Part shown: positions 28,349-39,590 of the stretch, in pieces | How positions within the stretch are numbered: the first letter of the stretch is position 1 | Layout of the letters: each line of letters starts with the position of its first letter | From: Candidatus Hebobacterum abditum | Lineage (GTDB): Bacteria > Armatimonadota > Hebobacteria > Hebobacterales > Hebobacteraceae | Assembly: GCA_029821875.1 (NCBI GenBank) | Contig: JALGXW010000010.1 | Location: 3,859-67,858, forward strand | Direction: 5' to 3' | Length of the DNA: 64,000 nucleotides | The notes under the pieces: generated by a model | Told to the model about the DNA's origin: nothing | The model's input: the letters and a program-made list of their open reading frames with translations, nothing else | The model's database searches: none | Program-made: the position numbers and the translations under genes

Positions 28349-29206
28349 TCAGATTCCCTCGTCCAGGCGAGTCTCGCCCGTGCATATCTCCTCGGCGGGC
28401 CCTTCTATGAAGACGTGATCGTCCTCCGGGTTCCAATGCACCTTGAGATCCCCTCCGCGCAGGTGCACGACGGCTTTCCTCGATGACAGCTCATTGAGGA
28501 CAGCAGCCACTAACACCGCTGAGGCGCCGGTTCCGCAGGCAAGCGTTTCGCCTGCACCTCTCTCCCACACTCGCATCCGTATCTCCCCCTCCCCCATGAT
28601 CTGCGCGAACTCGACATTCGTGCGTCGCGGGAAGAGATCATGGTGCTCGATCGCGGGGCCGATCTCGTCTACCTTGACCTTCTCCACATCGGTCACGAAC
28701 AGCACGCAGTGCGGGTTGCCCATAGACAGCGCAGTGATCTCGTGGCGCCTGCCACTCACTCGGATGCGCTCTCCGACTACTCTCTCCTGGTCCGGGCCCT
28801 TCATGGGGATCTCCGATCGCCGCAGGCGCGGCGCCCCCATGTCGACGCGGATGCCGGTCACCCGGCCGCTCCGAACACGCAGACGCGGCCGTATGATCCC
28901 CGCGAGAGTCTCGATCTCCATGTCTCTCTCGCGCGTGTAGCCTCTGTCATAGACGAACTTCGCGAAGAGCCGCACCCCGTTCCCGCACATCTCGGCCTCG
29001 CTGCCATCCGAGTTGAACATGCGCATCCTGAAGTCGGCGGCGCGGGAGGGTAGGATGAGTATCAGCCCATCGGCTCCCACACCGAAGTGCCGATCCGACA
29101 GCGCCTTTGCGATGGCTGATAGCTTCTCTTCGGGCGGAGCGGACTTCATCCCGTCCACCAGAAGGTAGTCGTTTCCGAGCCCATGCATCTTTGTGAACTT
29201 GATCAT
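28349..29206 (-). CDS. dapF: Diaminopimelate epimerase
   Basis: FTKMHGLGND, EMCGNG, MGNPH, ERGAGETLACGTG. Confidence 0.97.
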   Translation of the reverse strand: MIKFTKMHGLGNDYLLVDGMKSAPPEEKLSAIAKALSDRHFGVGADGLILILPSRAADFRMRMFNSDGSEAEMCGNGVRLFAKFVYDRGYTRERDMEIETLAGIIRPRLRVRSGRVTGIRVDMGAPRLRRSEIPMKGPDQERVVGERIRVSGRRHEITALSMGNPHCVLFVTDVEKVKVDEIGPAIEHHDLFPRRTNVEFAQIMGEGEIRMRVWERGAGETLACGTGASAVLVAAVLNELSSRKAVVHLRGGDLKVHWNPEDDHVFIEGPAEEICTGETRLDEGI

Positions 29207-29280
29207 CGCTTCTCTCCGGTTCGGCCTGTCGTCGCTTCCTCCTCTGCCGACCCGGCGCCCCGGTGATGCTCTACCCCTGG

Positions 29281-29324
29281 AAAGAAGAAGGCGCCGGTCG
29301 GCGTATGCGTCCGCTCCGGCGCCC
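29281..29324 (-). terminator. Intrinsic terminator-like hairpin upstream of dapF
   Basis: Minus strand GGCGCCGG-N18-CCGGCGCC followed by TTCTTCTTT. Confidence 0.45.
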
Positions 29325-29457
29325 TGCTCTCTACCTCATCCGTCGCTCTGCTCTCAGCGGGCCTCGCCTCCTGAAGCAGGTGTGCGGCGGCGCAGGGCAA
29401 GCCGAAACGGCTTGCCGTAACGCTTCCCACGCTTCTTGGCTGTCGTGTCCGCTGTTC

Positions 29458-30384
29458 TCACCGCCATCGCCTCTCGATCTCTCCCGCGGCCCCGGATGGC
29501 CCGCCTGTCTCCTGCACGTCTATCCATTCGATTCGCGGGTCGGCACGGAACCACGTCAGCTGCCGCTTCGCGAACCGCCGCGTGTCTCGCTTCAGCCGAC
29601 GCACCGCTTCTTCAAGGCTAGTCTTTCCACGTATGTGAAGCGCGATCTGGGCATAGCCCAGGCCCTTCATCGAGACCAGGTCCTCACTGTACCCCCGCTC
29701 GAGCAGGGCCCGCACCTCGTCAACAAGGCCCTCCGCCATCATGCGGTCGACGCGGGCCTCTATGCGCTGATACAGCTCGTCACGACCCAGAGTGAGTCCG
29801 AACTGTCTGGTATTGTACCGCGCCGCCCCCTGCCGGTCAACCTTCTTGCGGCCTGCATCTCCTGGGCCCGACCCTTCGGCCACCTCCAGCGCGCGGATGA
29901 TTCGCTTCTGATCGTTCGGGTGAATCCGTGCCGCAGCCTCCGGATCGGCCTGCGCAAGCCACTCATGCAGCGCGCGCGTCCCCTTGCTTCGAGCTTCCTC
30001 GACAAGCCTGTTCCGAAGTTCGGGGTCCGGCGGCACTTGCGCGAAGTCCATTTCCTCCAATACGGCCCGGACGTACAGCCCGCTGCCGCCGACCAGGATC
30101 GGCTGACGGCCGCGCTGCCAGATCTCTGCCAGTGTTGCCTCCGCGCGAGCCTGGTAGTCGGCGACGGAGAAGGGCTCGTCGGGCGCGATGATGTCGATCA
30201 AGTGGTGGGCAACTCGTCTCCGCTGTTCGGCCGTCGGCTTGGCCGTCCCAACATCCATACCGCGGTAGACTTGCATGGAGTCGGCCGACACGATCTCGCC
30301 GTCGAGAGACTCGGCGAGCAGGACACCCACCTCGCTCTTGCCGGTTGCCGTGGGGCCGACAATGGCTAGCAGGCGCTTGTCCAT
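29458..30384 (-). CDS. miaA: tRNA dimethylallyltransferase
   Basis: GPTATGKS, SADSMQVYRGMDVGTAKP, VGGSGLY, RRFAKRQLTWF. Confidence 0.97.
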   Translation of the reverse strand: MDKRLLAIVGPTATGKSEVGVLLAESLDGEIVSADSMQVYRGMDVGTAKPTAEQRRRVAHHLIDIIAPDEPFSVADYQARAEATLAEIWQRGRQPILVGGSGLYVRAVLEEMDFAQVPPDPELRNRLVEEARSKGTRALHEWLAQADPEAAARIHPNDQKRIIRALEVAEGSGPGDAGRKKVDRQGAARYNTRQFGLTLGRDELYQRIEARVDRMMAEGLVDEVRALLERGYSEDLVSMKGLGYAQIALHIRGKTSLEEAVRRLKRDTRRFAKRQLTWFRADPRIEWIDVQETGGPSGAAGEIERRWR

Positions 30385-30388
30385 TGTC

Positions 30389-32116
<1,728 letters not shown>

Positions 32117-32306
32117 GCGCGAGCAGATTCGCCGATTCACCAACGGCTCCTCCCTACGCCCGGTGCGCGCAGAGGCGAACCGGTGGTCTTGGTTGCGGAC
32201 GGACCGTCTCAGCCGCGACCGCCAATTGACACACAAGATTCACAGTTGGCACCTATCCTGCAGATGTGTTGGCAAGATCCGAACAGTTGCCCGAGTGAGG
32301 ATGAGA

Positions 32307-32765
32307 ATGAATGTCCTATGGCGGTGGGTTGTTGTGGTGGGAGTAGTCGCGCTTGTGGCCGGATGCCAGCAGTCGCAGCAATCGGCCCAGCGATCTCGAG
32401 GCACGACTGAGGGGCAGCAGATAGCCTGGGTGCACGACTTCGAGGAGGGGATGGCAAAGGCCGCGGAAGAGGGAAAGCCCGTCATGGTGGACTTCTACGC
32501 GGACTGGTGCACCTGGTGCAAGAAGCTGGACGCAGACGTCTTCTCTCGACCGGATGTGGCGCAGGCCAGCAGAGACTTCGTGGCCATCAAGGTGGATACG
32601 GACGAGGACCCTGAAACGGAGAGCAAGTACGGCGTGAGCGGCCTGCCAACGGTGGTCTTCCTCCAGTCGGACGGGACTGAGATCCGACGCTCCCGCGGGG
32701 CCGTGCCTTACACGGTCATGCTTGACGAGATGGCGGCGGCCAAGGCGGCTTCTGGCGGGGCCTAG
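32307..32765 (+). CDS. Thioredoxin-family lipoprotein
   Basis: Lipobox LVAGC; DFYADWCTWCK; YGVSGLPT. Confidence 0.88.
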   Translation: MNVLWRWVVVVGVVALVAGCQQSQQSAQRSRGTTEGQQIAWVHDFEEGMAKAAEEGKPVMVDFYADWCTWCKKLDADVFSRPDVAQASRDFVAIKVDTDEDPETESKYGVSGLPTVVFLQSDGTEIRRSRGAVPYTVMLDEMAAAKAASGGA

Positions 32766-32798
32766 TCCGCCATAACCTGTGAGGGAGGCACACGCTCT

Positions 32799-33698
32799 AT
32801 GAGAGCTGGTATCGTGATCGTGCTGGGGATTCTCGTCGTGGTCGGCGGCATTCTGGTCATGCGCACGCAGAACTCTCCGGAGGCTGCTACAGTCCTGGAC
32901 GTGGAGCCGACCGAGACCCTATACCTCGCCGTCCCCATGGGCGTATACGTGCCGGTCAGCCTGGCCATGGCGGAGTTCGAGGCCCTGCATCCGGAACTCG
33001 AGTTCGAGACGATGGTGGACACCCCGGAAACGATGGCGGAGGCGGTGGAGGAGAACGAGCGCAAGCCCGACATGTTCATCTCCCCGGGCGGCCACGAGGC
33101 GACGGTCCTGGTCGAAAGGGGCTTCATCGATCCGGAGACCATGGTGGCCTTCGGGAGCTACGAAGTAGCGATCCTGGTGCCCAAGGGCAACCCCGGCAAG
33201 GTAGAGGAACCAGCAGACCTGCTGAACCCTGAGGTGAAGGTCATCTCGTTCTCGCCGCCTGACCTCACCGCGGCTTCCCACGCCGCGCGGCAGTCGCTCC
33301 AGAACCTCGGCCTATGGGATATACTCCAGCCGAAGATCGAAGTCACCGGCTGCTGCAATGAATCGTTCCAGTGGGTGGTCGACGGCCGAGCGGAGGCGAA
33401 CGTCCAGTTCCTCGGCTGCCCCATGGACACCAAGTCCGTGGACCTGAGCAAGACGAAGGCCGAGATTGCGTGTCTGCTGCCGCGTGACACCTACTATGTA
33501 CCTCGTACAGTGGCCGGCATCCTGACTACGACCCAGGAGAGGGAACTCGCGGAGGAGTTCCTGAGCTTCCTGACCGACCCCGAGATGCTGGAGTTCATGG
33601 CGACGAAGAAGCTCCGCAACGACCAGGAACTGCCTCTGACCCCTGGCCCCTGGGGTCCAGCGCAGGAGGCCAGCCCGGCCCGGGTGGCAAGCCGATGA
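32799..33698 (+). CDS. ModA-like substrate-binding protein, membrane-anchored, divergent
   Basis: N-terminal TM; PDMFISPG, ILVPKGNPGKV..DL, ARQSLQNLGLWD, AEEFLSFL. Confidence 0.7.
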   Translation: MRAGIVIVLGILVVVGGILVMRTQNSPEAATVLDVEPTETLYLAVPMGVYVPVSLAMAEFEALHPELEFETMVDTPETMAEAVEENERKPDMFISPGGHEATVLVERGFIDPETMVAFGSYEVAILVPKGNPGKVEEPADLLNPEVKVISFSPPDLTAASHAARQSLQNLGLWDILQPKIEVTGCCNESFQWVVDGRAEANVQFLGCPMDTKSVDLSKTKAEIACLLPRDTYYVPRTVAGILTTTQERELAEEFLSFLTDPEMLEFMATKKLRNDQELPLTPGPWGPAQEASPARVASR

Positions 33699-34522
33699 GC
33701 CGCGGCGCGCAGATCTTGATCGTCGTCCTTGTTCTCGCTGTTGTCACCCTGGGCGGGCTGTTGCTGACCCGCGCCGGCCAGTCGACTGGCGGCCCCACCT
33801 CCGGCAATCTCGTCGTCTATGCCCCCTGCGGCATGAACGGGCCTCTGCAGATCGCCTCTCAGAAGTTCCGAGAGTTGAACCCCGACGTCCCACTGCAGGT
33901 AGTGTACGACAACGCCAACGTGCTTGTGCGGAATATCCGCCGCGGCGACCGGCCCGACGTCTTCATCTCACCGGGAGAGATAGAGATGGGCCTCCTCGCC
34001 GCGGAAGGGTTCATCGATGAGGGCACGGTGACCGACTTCGGCACACTCGACCTCGTTGTGATCGCGCCCGACAAGACGAAAGGGCTGAACTCGATTCGCG
34101 GGCTGACGTCGCCCACCATCAGTACGATCTCACTGGCAGATCCCGAGCACAACTCGATCGGGTTCTACGCGAAGGAAGCCCTGGAGACCCTGGGGCTGTG
34201 GGACCAGCTCCAGACCAAGCTGCTCCTGCGCGAGTACCCGCTGGAGGCGGTGACGCTCGCCACCACGGGCGAGGTGGACGCCGGCATCCACTACCTCACC
34301 TGCCCGCTGGAGACGAACCCAGAGAAGGCAGACGCATCGGGCGTGCGGATTGTGGAGAAGCTGCCCCGCGACGCCTACCCGCCGGTGCGATTGCAGGTGG
34401 CGATGCTGAACGAGACCCGACAGACCGCGTACGGCCAGCGCTACATCGATTTCCTGGTGTCGCCGGAGGGCCAGCAGGCGGTGGCCACCAGCGGCATCCT
34501 TCCGATTGAGGTGATCCAATGA
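33695..34522 (+). CDS. ModA-like substrate-binding protein, membrane-anchored, divergent
   Basis: PDVFISPG, ISLADP..SIG.YAKEAL..LGLWD, GEVDAG, YIDFLVSPEGQ. Confidence 0.75.
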   Translation: MSRGAQILIVVLVLAVVTLGGLLLTRAGQSTGGPTSGNLVVYAPCGMNGPLQIASQKFRELNPDVPLQVVYDNANVLVRNIRRGDRPDVFISPGEIEMGLLAAEGFIDEGTVTDFGTLDLVVIAPDKTKGLNSIRGLTSPTISTISLADPEHNSIGFYAKEALETLGLWDQLQTKLLLREYPLEAVTLATTGEVDAGIHYLTCPLETNPEKADASGVRIVEKLPRDAYPPVRLQVAMLNETRQTAYGQRYIDFLVSPEGQQAVATSGILPIEVIQ

Positions 34523-35019
34523 GCGAAGACACTGGCAGGAAAGGCGGCCCGAATATCGTCTTCATCGCCGTCGTCGTAGTGCTCGTAGCAGCGCTTGCCG
34601 TAGAGGCCTTCCTGCTGCTCCGCCCCAAGCCGCCCGCCCGCCCAGCTGAGGCGCAGGCGGCCGTTGCTGCTGGCGCCAGCCAGCGGATCGAGACCATCGG
34701 CGACCACGCCGCGCCGATCAATATCGACTTCTACGCGCCGCTGGCCCTCGAGTGGCACGAGAAGACGATTGGACTGCTGCGGGACTACAACGATGAGCAT
34801 CCGGGGCGAATCTTCGTGCGTCTCATGCCCATGGGCAATGCTGAGTGCGATGCAGAGATCAATGCCAAGGGCATTACCTGCGCCGTCATCTTCATCAACG
34901 ACGAGAACGAGTTCACCCTCCCCGACGGCCGTACCGTCGAGCTGTACCAGCGTCCCAACCAGGCCACCTCCAGCTACAACAGCGAGGACGTCATCACAAT
35001 CCTCGAGCAGATGCCGTAG
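34519..35019 (+). CDS. Membrane-anchored hypothetical protein, possible thioredoxin-like fold
   Basis: ATGA coupling, N-terminal TM, G..APINIDFYAP, two Cys. Confidence 0.7.
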   Translation: MSEDTGRKGGPNIVFIAVVVVLVAALAVEAFLLLRPKPPARPAEAQAAVAAGASQRIETIGDHAAPINIDFYAPLALEWHEKTIGLLRDYNDEHPGRIFVRLMPMGNAECDAEINAKGITCAVIFINDENEFTLPDGRTVELYQRPNQATSSYNSEDVITILEQMP

Positions 35020-35173
35020 CCAATCACCTCCCCGCCACTCGTCCGTCCGGCTGCGACACTGACTGCGGCCCTCCCCGGCGCCTTGCTGGCAGTCAGGGCC
35101 TCCTGAGCCACTAGGAACGCGGCACAACTCCGACGAACCCAAGTCCCAGGATACCTGCGGTTTGGGAGGCGCA

Positions 35174-35911
35174 GTGGACTGGTTTGACTGCAACTGCGGA
35201 TTCGGGGTCCCGGCCAAGCCCCTGGGCGGCGTGCTGCGTTCTGCCGCCGACCTCATCGGAGAGTTGGAGTTCTGCGGCGTCGGCGAAGCGTTGATCTACC
35301 ACGTCGCCATGGAGGCCGAGTCCGCGCAGGTGGGCAATCGACTCGCCTGCGAGGAAACGCAGGACGACCCCCGTCTACACCCGACCTGGGCCGTCCTGCC
35401 GCCCCAGACAGAGGAGCTTGGGACGGTGGAGGAGTTCCTCGCAGGCATGCGCCAGCATGACGTCAGGGCGCTGAGGGCCTACCCCGAGGAACACCGCTAC
35501 CGCTTGGACGGGCTGACGTTCGGCTCCCTGCTGGAGGAACTTGTGCCGCGGCGCATCCCCCTCATGACAGGACCTCACTGGCAGGTAATCGCGGACCTGC
35601 TGAGTGACTTCCCGGAGCTAACGCTCATCATCCGCAACCACGGCAACTGGGGAGATGATCGTTACTTCCGTCCGCTGATCGAGCGCTACCCGAGGGTGCA
35701 CCTCGACACCTCCGACTACCAGCAGGCCGAGGGGGTCTCGGACTTCGTCCGCAGATATGGTCCCGACCGATTGCTCTATGGGAGCGGCGCGCCGACCCTC
35801 CAGATGGGAGCTGCCCTTCTTTCTCTGGCCGGAGCGGATGTGCCGGCCGAGGCCAGGGAGGCTATTGCGGGCGGGAACCTGCGGCGCCTTCTGTCGGAGG
35901 TGCAGCCATGA
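35174..35911 (+). CDS. Amidohydrolase family protein (degenerate metal motif)
   Basis: FDCNCGFG in place of DxHxH; YGPDRLLYGSGAP...IAGGNLRRLL; GTG start after GGAGG. Confidence 0.8.
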   Translation: MDWFDCNCGFGVPAKPLGGVLRSAADLIGELEFCGVGEALIYHVAMEAESAQVGNRLACEETQDDPRLHPTWAVLPPQTEELGTVEEFLAGMRQHDVRALRAYPEEHRYRLDGLTFGSLLEELVPRRIPLMTGPHWQVIADLLSDFPELTLIIRNHGNWGDDRYFRPLIERYPRVHLDTSDYQQAEGVSDFVRRYGPDRLLYGSGAPTLQMGAALLSLAGADVPAEAREAIAGGNLRRLLSEVQP

Positions 35912-36741
35912 GAAATGACTCGGAGATCGCGCGGGAGTTCCTCGCCCACGGCCGGTCCGAAGCCTGCCCGGTCATAGACATGCACGGACACTACGGACCC
36001 TACCGTGGCATCTACTTCCCGAAGCCGTGGGCCGACGGCATGCTGGAGACGATGGATCGCTGCGGCGTCGCCTGCATCGTGTGTAGCTCCCACGCGTCTC
36101 TCGTGGACCCGGCGCGCGGGAACCGGGAGATGGCAGAGGTGGCGAGGGCCCACACGGGACGGTTCTACGCCTACTGCGCCATCAACCCAAACTACCCCCA
36201 CGTGGCGGAGGAGGAGATACGGCGGTACGGCGAGGACGGCGGCTTCGTCGGGTTCAAGTTCCATCCAAGCGGCCACTCCTATCCCATCACTGGGCCGAAC
36301 TACGTCCCGGCCCTGGAATATGCCAATGAGCACAAGCTGCTCCTGCTCTCGCACAGCTGGGGGGAGAGCCAGTACGACCGCCCCGGACTCTTCGGAGAGT
36401 TGGCGCCCAAGTATCCGGATGTGACCTTCCTGATGGGACACGCGGGATATGGCGAGTGGGACTCGGCGCTTGCCGTCGCGCGCGAGCACCCGAACGTCTA
36501 CCTGGAGCTCACCGCGGCCCACAGAGTATCTGGTATCATAACGAGGATGGTCGAGGAGGTCGGCTCGCATAAGGTGGTCTTCGGCACCGACCTACCGTGG
36601 TTCGATCCGCTGTATGGTATTGGCGCGGTCTGCTTCTCTCGCATCAGTGATCAGGACCGGCACAACATCTTGCACTCGAATGCCGAGCGGATGCTGGCAC
36701 GCTTCCGCGAGCCGGCGCAGGACGGAGGCTGCCACACCTAG
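35908..36741 (+). CDS. Amidohydrolase_2 family protein
   Basis: IDMHGH, GFKFHP, MGHAG, VFGTDLPW, NAERM. Confidence 0.9.
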   Translation: MRNDSEIAREFLAHGRSEACPVIDMHGHYGPYRGIYFPKPWADGMLETMDRCGVACIVCSSHASLVDPARGNREMAEVARAHTGRFYAYCAINPNYPHVAEEEIRRYGEDGGFVGFKFHPSGHSYPITGPNYVPALEYANEHKLLLLSHSWGESQYDRPGLFGELAPKYPDVTFLMGHAGYGEWDSALAVAREHPNVYLELTAAHRVSGIITRMVEEVGSHKVVFGTDLPWFDPLYGIGAVCFSRISDQDRHNILHSNAERMLARFREPAQDGGCHT

Positions 36742-36788
36742 ACGAGAGGCCCTCCGAGGAGTAGCCGCACGCGTGGACATGTAGCAAC

Positions 36789-37964
36789 ATGCTCGAACCT
36801 CGGCTGTTGAGAAGACTGGACTGGTCGCTGTTCGCCGCCGTGCTGGCGCTCTGCCTCTACGGCCTGGTCATGATCTACTCGGCGACTCGCTCACCCGAGG
36901 CCGCGAGGCTTGCGCCGCCGAGCTCCTTCGCGCTGAAGCAGTCCATCTGGCTCTTGTTGGCTCTCGCGGTCTTCCTGGTGACGGTTCTGGTCGACTACGA
37001 GAGAATCGCGCGGTGGCACGTTCCACTCTATGCAGGAGCTCTCGTCCTGCTGATTGTCGTGCTGTTCGTGGGGCGCGCCCCCACCGGAGCGGTCAGTTGG
37101 ATCGCTATCGGCGGCTTCCGACTTCAGCCATCCGAGTTCGCGAAGATAGCCGTCATCCTATCGCTGGCCGCGTTCCTCGGGCGCCGTGTGGAGGAAATCC
37201 AGAGCCTGCGGGTCGTGCTGCTCTCGCTGCTTGTCCCGGCTGCGCCCGTTCTCCTCGTTGTTCTTCAGCCCGACTTCGGCACGGCGCTGGTCGTGGTGGC
37301 CATCTGGTTCGGCGCGCTCTACCTGGCCGGCGCAAGAGTGGCCCACCTGGGAGTGGTGCTCGTCGGCGGCCTGGCGGTGTTTGCCCTCATGTGGAATCTC
37401 GACCGCCTTCCGGCCGACCGAATCTTGCCGAGGCCGATCGCTGGCATCGTGTCTAAGGCCGCGTTGAAGGACTACCAGAAGCAGCGCCTTACGATCTTCC
37501 TGAAACCCCAGGCCGACCCGCTCGGGGCCGGGTACCACGTCATCCAGTCCCGAGTTGCCATCGGCTCGGGGCAGTTGGCCGGACGCGGCCTGTTCCGGGG
37601 CACCCAGAGTCGCTTGCGGTTCATACCCGAGCGCCACACAGACTTCATCTACTCCGTCGTCGGCGAGGAGCTGGGGCTTGTGGGCGCAGCGGCCATGCTG
37701 CTCCTCTACTTGTTCCTGTTCTGGCGAGGTCTGCGAGTGGCCATCCGCGCACGAGATGCGCTGGGCTCTTTGCTGGCGGCTGGTGCGATCTCCATGCTTA
37801 TCTTCCACACGGTGGTCAACATCGGCATGAGCGTCAACATCATGCCGATCACGGGTCTCCCGTTGCCGTTCGTGAGCTATGGAGGCAGCAACCTGATGGC
37901 GAGCTTCATCGCCTTCGGTCTGCTCCAGAACGTCCACATGCGGCGCGACAGAATGCTCTTCTAA
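36789..37964 (+). CDS. rodA: Rod shape-determining protein RodA
   Basis: LQPSEFAK, QPDFGTA, YQKQRL, GYHVIQS, PERHTDFI, PITGLPLPFVSYGGS. Confidence 0.93.
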   Translation: MLEPRLLRRLDWSLFAAVLALCLYGLVMIYSATRSPEAARLAPPSSFALKQSIWLLLALAVFLVTVLVDYERIARWHVPLYAGALVLLIVVLFVGRAPTGAVSWIAIGGFRLQPSEFAKIAVILSLAAFLGRRVEEIQSLRVVLLSLLVPAAPVLLVVLQPDFGTALVVVAIWFGALYLAGARVAHLGVVLVGGLAVFALMWNLDRLPADRILPRPIAGIVSKAALKDYQKQRLTIFLKPQADPLGAGYHVIQSRVAIGSGQLAGRGLFRGTQSRLRFIPERHTDFIYSVVGEELGLVGAAAMLLLYLFLFWRGLRVAIRARDALGSLLAAGAISMLIFHTVVNIGMSVNIMPITGLPLPFVSYGGSNLMASFIAFGLLQNVHMRRDRMLF

Positions 37965-37991
37965 GTCAGTACTCGGGGAGGTGTGCGGCAC

Positions 37992-38531
37992 ATGGCATCC
38001 CAAGACTATGTCAAGGGCGAAGGCTTCGAGATCCTCGGCGACAAGGAGGGGGCGAAGGCCGAGGATGAACAGCGCGGCGAGCCAACTGCCCAGGAGCCGA
38101 GCGATCATCACGGAGAGGACGTCAAGGGCGCGGGGTTCGAGATTCTCGATCACGAGGAGCCCGAGCCGTCGGCCGAAGAGGCCGGACCCGACCGAGGCCG
38201 GCAGGACACCGAGGAAGCCGCTTCCGAGAGTGCTGGAGGCGGGCCGCAGGAGCAGCTCGCGCCCATCGATGTCTACTCAGTCCTGAGGCTATCGGTCGCC
38301 CAGCTCGCAGGGGTGGCCTGGCAGAAGATGGGCCTGCAGCCGGACCCCTTCACGAACCAGATTCAGGAAGACATGGCGCAGGCTCGCATCGCCATCGACG
38401 CGGCCGCGGCGCTGGTGGAGAAACTCCAGCCACATCTGCATGGGCAGGAGGCAAGGGACTACCAGGCTCTGCTCGCCGACCTTCGCCTCAACTTCGTGAG
38501 CCACTCGGGGGGGAAGTCCGAGACGGAGTAG
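37992..38531 (+). CDS. DUF1844 domain protein with acidic N-terminal repeats
   Basis: AWQKMGLQPDP...D..QARIAID...LADLRLNFV; SD GGAGG. Confidence 0.8.
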   Translation: MASQDYVKGEGFEILGDKEGAKAEDEQRGEPTAQEPSDHHGEDVKGAGFEILDHEEPEPSAEEAGPDRGRQDTEEAASESAGGGPQEQLAPIDVYSVLRLSVAQLAGVAWQKMGLQPDPFTNQIQEDMAQARIAIDAAAALVEKLQPHLHGQEARDYQALLADLRLNFVSHSGGKSETE

Positions 38532-38749
38532 CGGCGGGCCGCTCCTGCAGGGGCTCGCGCGCCTGTGCCCGAGCAGGGCGCACTCGCGGCGTCGGCCCTG
38601 CCGCCTGCTCCGCCATGGCCGGCCTTCCACACGTTGGTGCCGTCCAGGCATCGGCGTTCTGAAAGTGTTCGTAGGCCCTTCGCAGTACGTTCACACGCTC
38701 TCCGCATACTATCAGGACAAGCTTGGCGATCTGTAGCCAGGAGGAGCGT

Positions 38750-39559
38750 GTGCGCGTCCATTCTGCTGTTCTTCTCGCTGTCGCCCTTCTCGTCGGCATG
38801 TCCGCCGGTCAGCCCGCGGAGTCGGCGGAGACGCTGACCGTGTTCGGGGCGGCCTCGCTGACTGAGTTCCTGGGGGAAGCGGAGCTCGTCTTCGAGAAGA
38901 AGCACCCCGGCACGCAGGTCCGCCTGAACCTGGCCGCCAGCTCGCGCCTCCGGATCCAGATCGAGTACGGCGGGCCGGCTGACGTATTCTTGTCCGCCAA
39001 CACCAGGAACATGGACCCCCTCGTCAAGGCGAAGCTGGCTGAGAAGCCGAGCACATTCGCTCACAACAGGCTCGTCATCGCGGTGCCAAAGAGGAACCCT
39101 GCGCGGATCAGGACACCCACCGATCTCGCCCGGCCGAGTGTGAAGCTCGTCATCGCCGCCGAAGAGACACCGATCGGAACCTACACGCGGGAGGTCATTG
39201 GCAAGATGGACGCGTGCGGCGATTACGGTCAGGACTTCGCGGCGCGCGTCATGGCGAACGTCCGCTCCCACGAGCCCACCGTGAAGGCCGTCGTCGCAAG
39301 AGTGAACCTGGGCGAAGCCGATGCCGGGATCTGCTACTCATCCGACATAACGCCGGCCGTCCGCGAGGACGTCTTCACCATTCACATTCCCGAGCCGGTC
39401 AACATCGTCGCCGACTACCCCATCGCAGTGATAGCGAGAACTCGGCATAGGACGCTGGCCGACAAGTTCGTCGCCTTCGTGCTCTCACGGGAGGGCCAAC
39501 GCCTTCTCGTCAAGCACGGCTTCGTGAACGCGAAGCCGACAGAAGTGTCACAGCCATGA
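38750..39559 (+). CDS. modA: Molybdate ABC transporter substrate-binding protein
   Basis: Signal peptide, FGAASLT, SSRL..QI..G.PADVFLSAN, GEADAGICYSSD; next to modB. Confidence 0.92.
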   Translation: MRVHSAVLLAVALLVGMSAGQPAESAETLTVFGAASLTEFLGEAELVFEKKHPGTQVRLNLAASSRLRIQIEYGGPADVFLSANTRNMDPLVKAKLAEKPSTFAHNRLVIAVPKRNPARIRTPTDLARPSVKLVIAAEETPIGTYTREVIGKMDACGDYGQDFAARVMANVRSHEPTVKAVVARVNLGEADAGICYSSDITPAVREDVFTIHIPEPVNIVADYPIAVIARTRHRTLADKFVAFVLSREGQRLLVKHGFVNAKPTEVSQP

Positions 39560-39590
39560 ACCCATCCGTGGCGATTGGGGCTTAGAGCAT

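Noticed and set aside
38532..38749. Moco riboswitch or ModE box upstream of modA
   Set aside because: No recognisable consensus by eye; an Rfam scan would be needed
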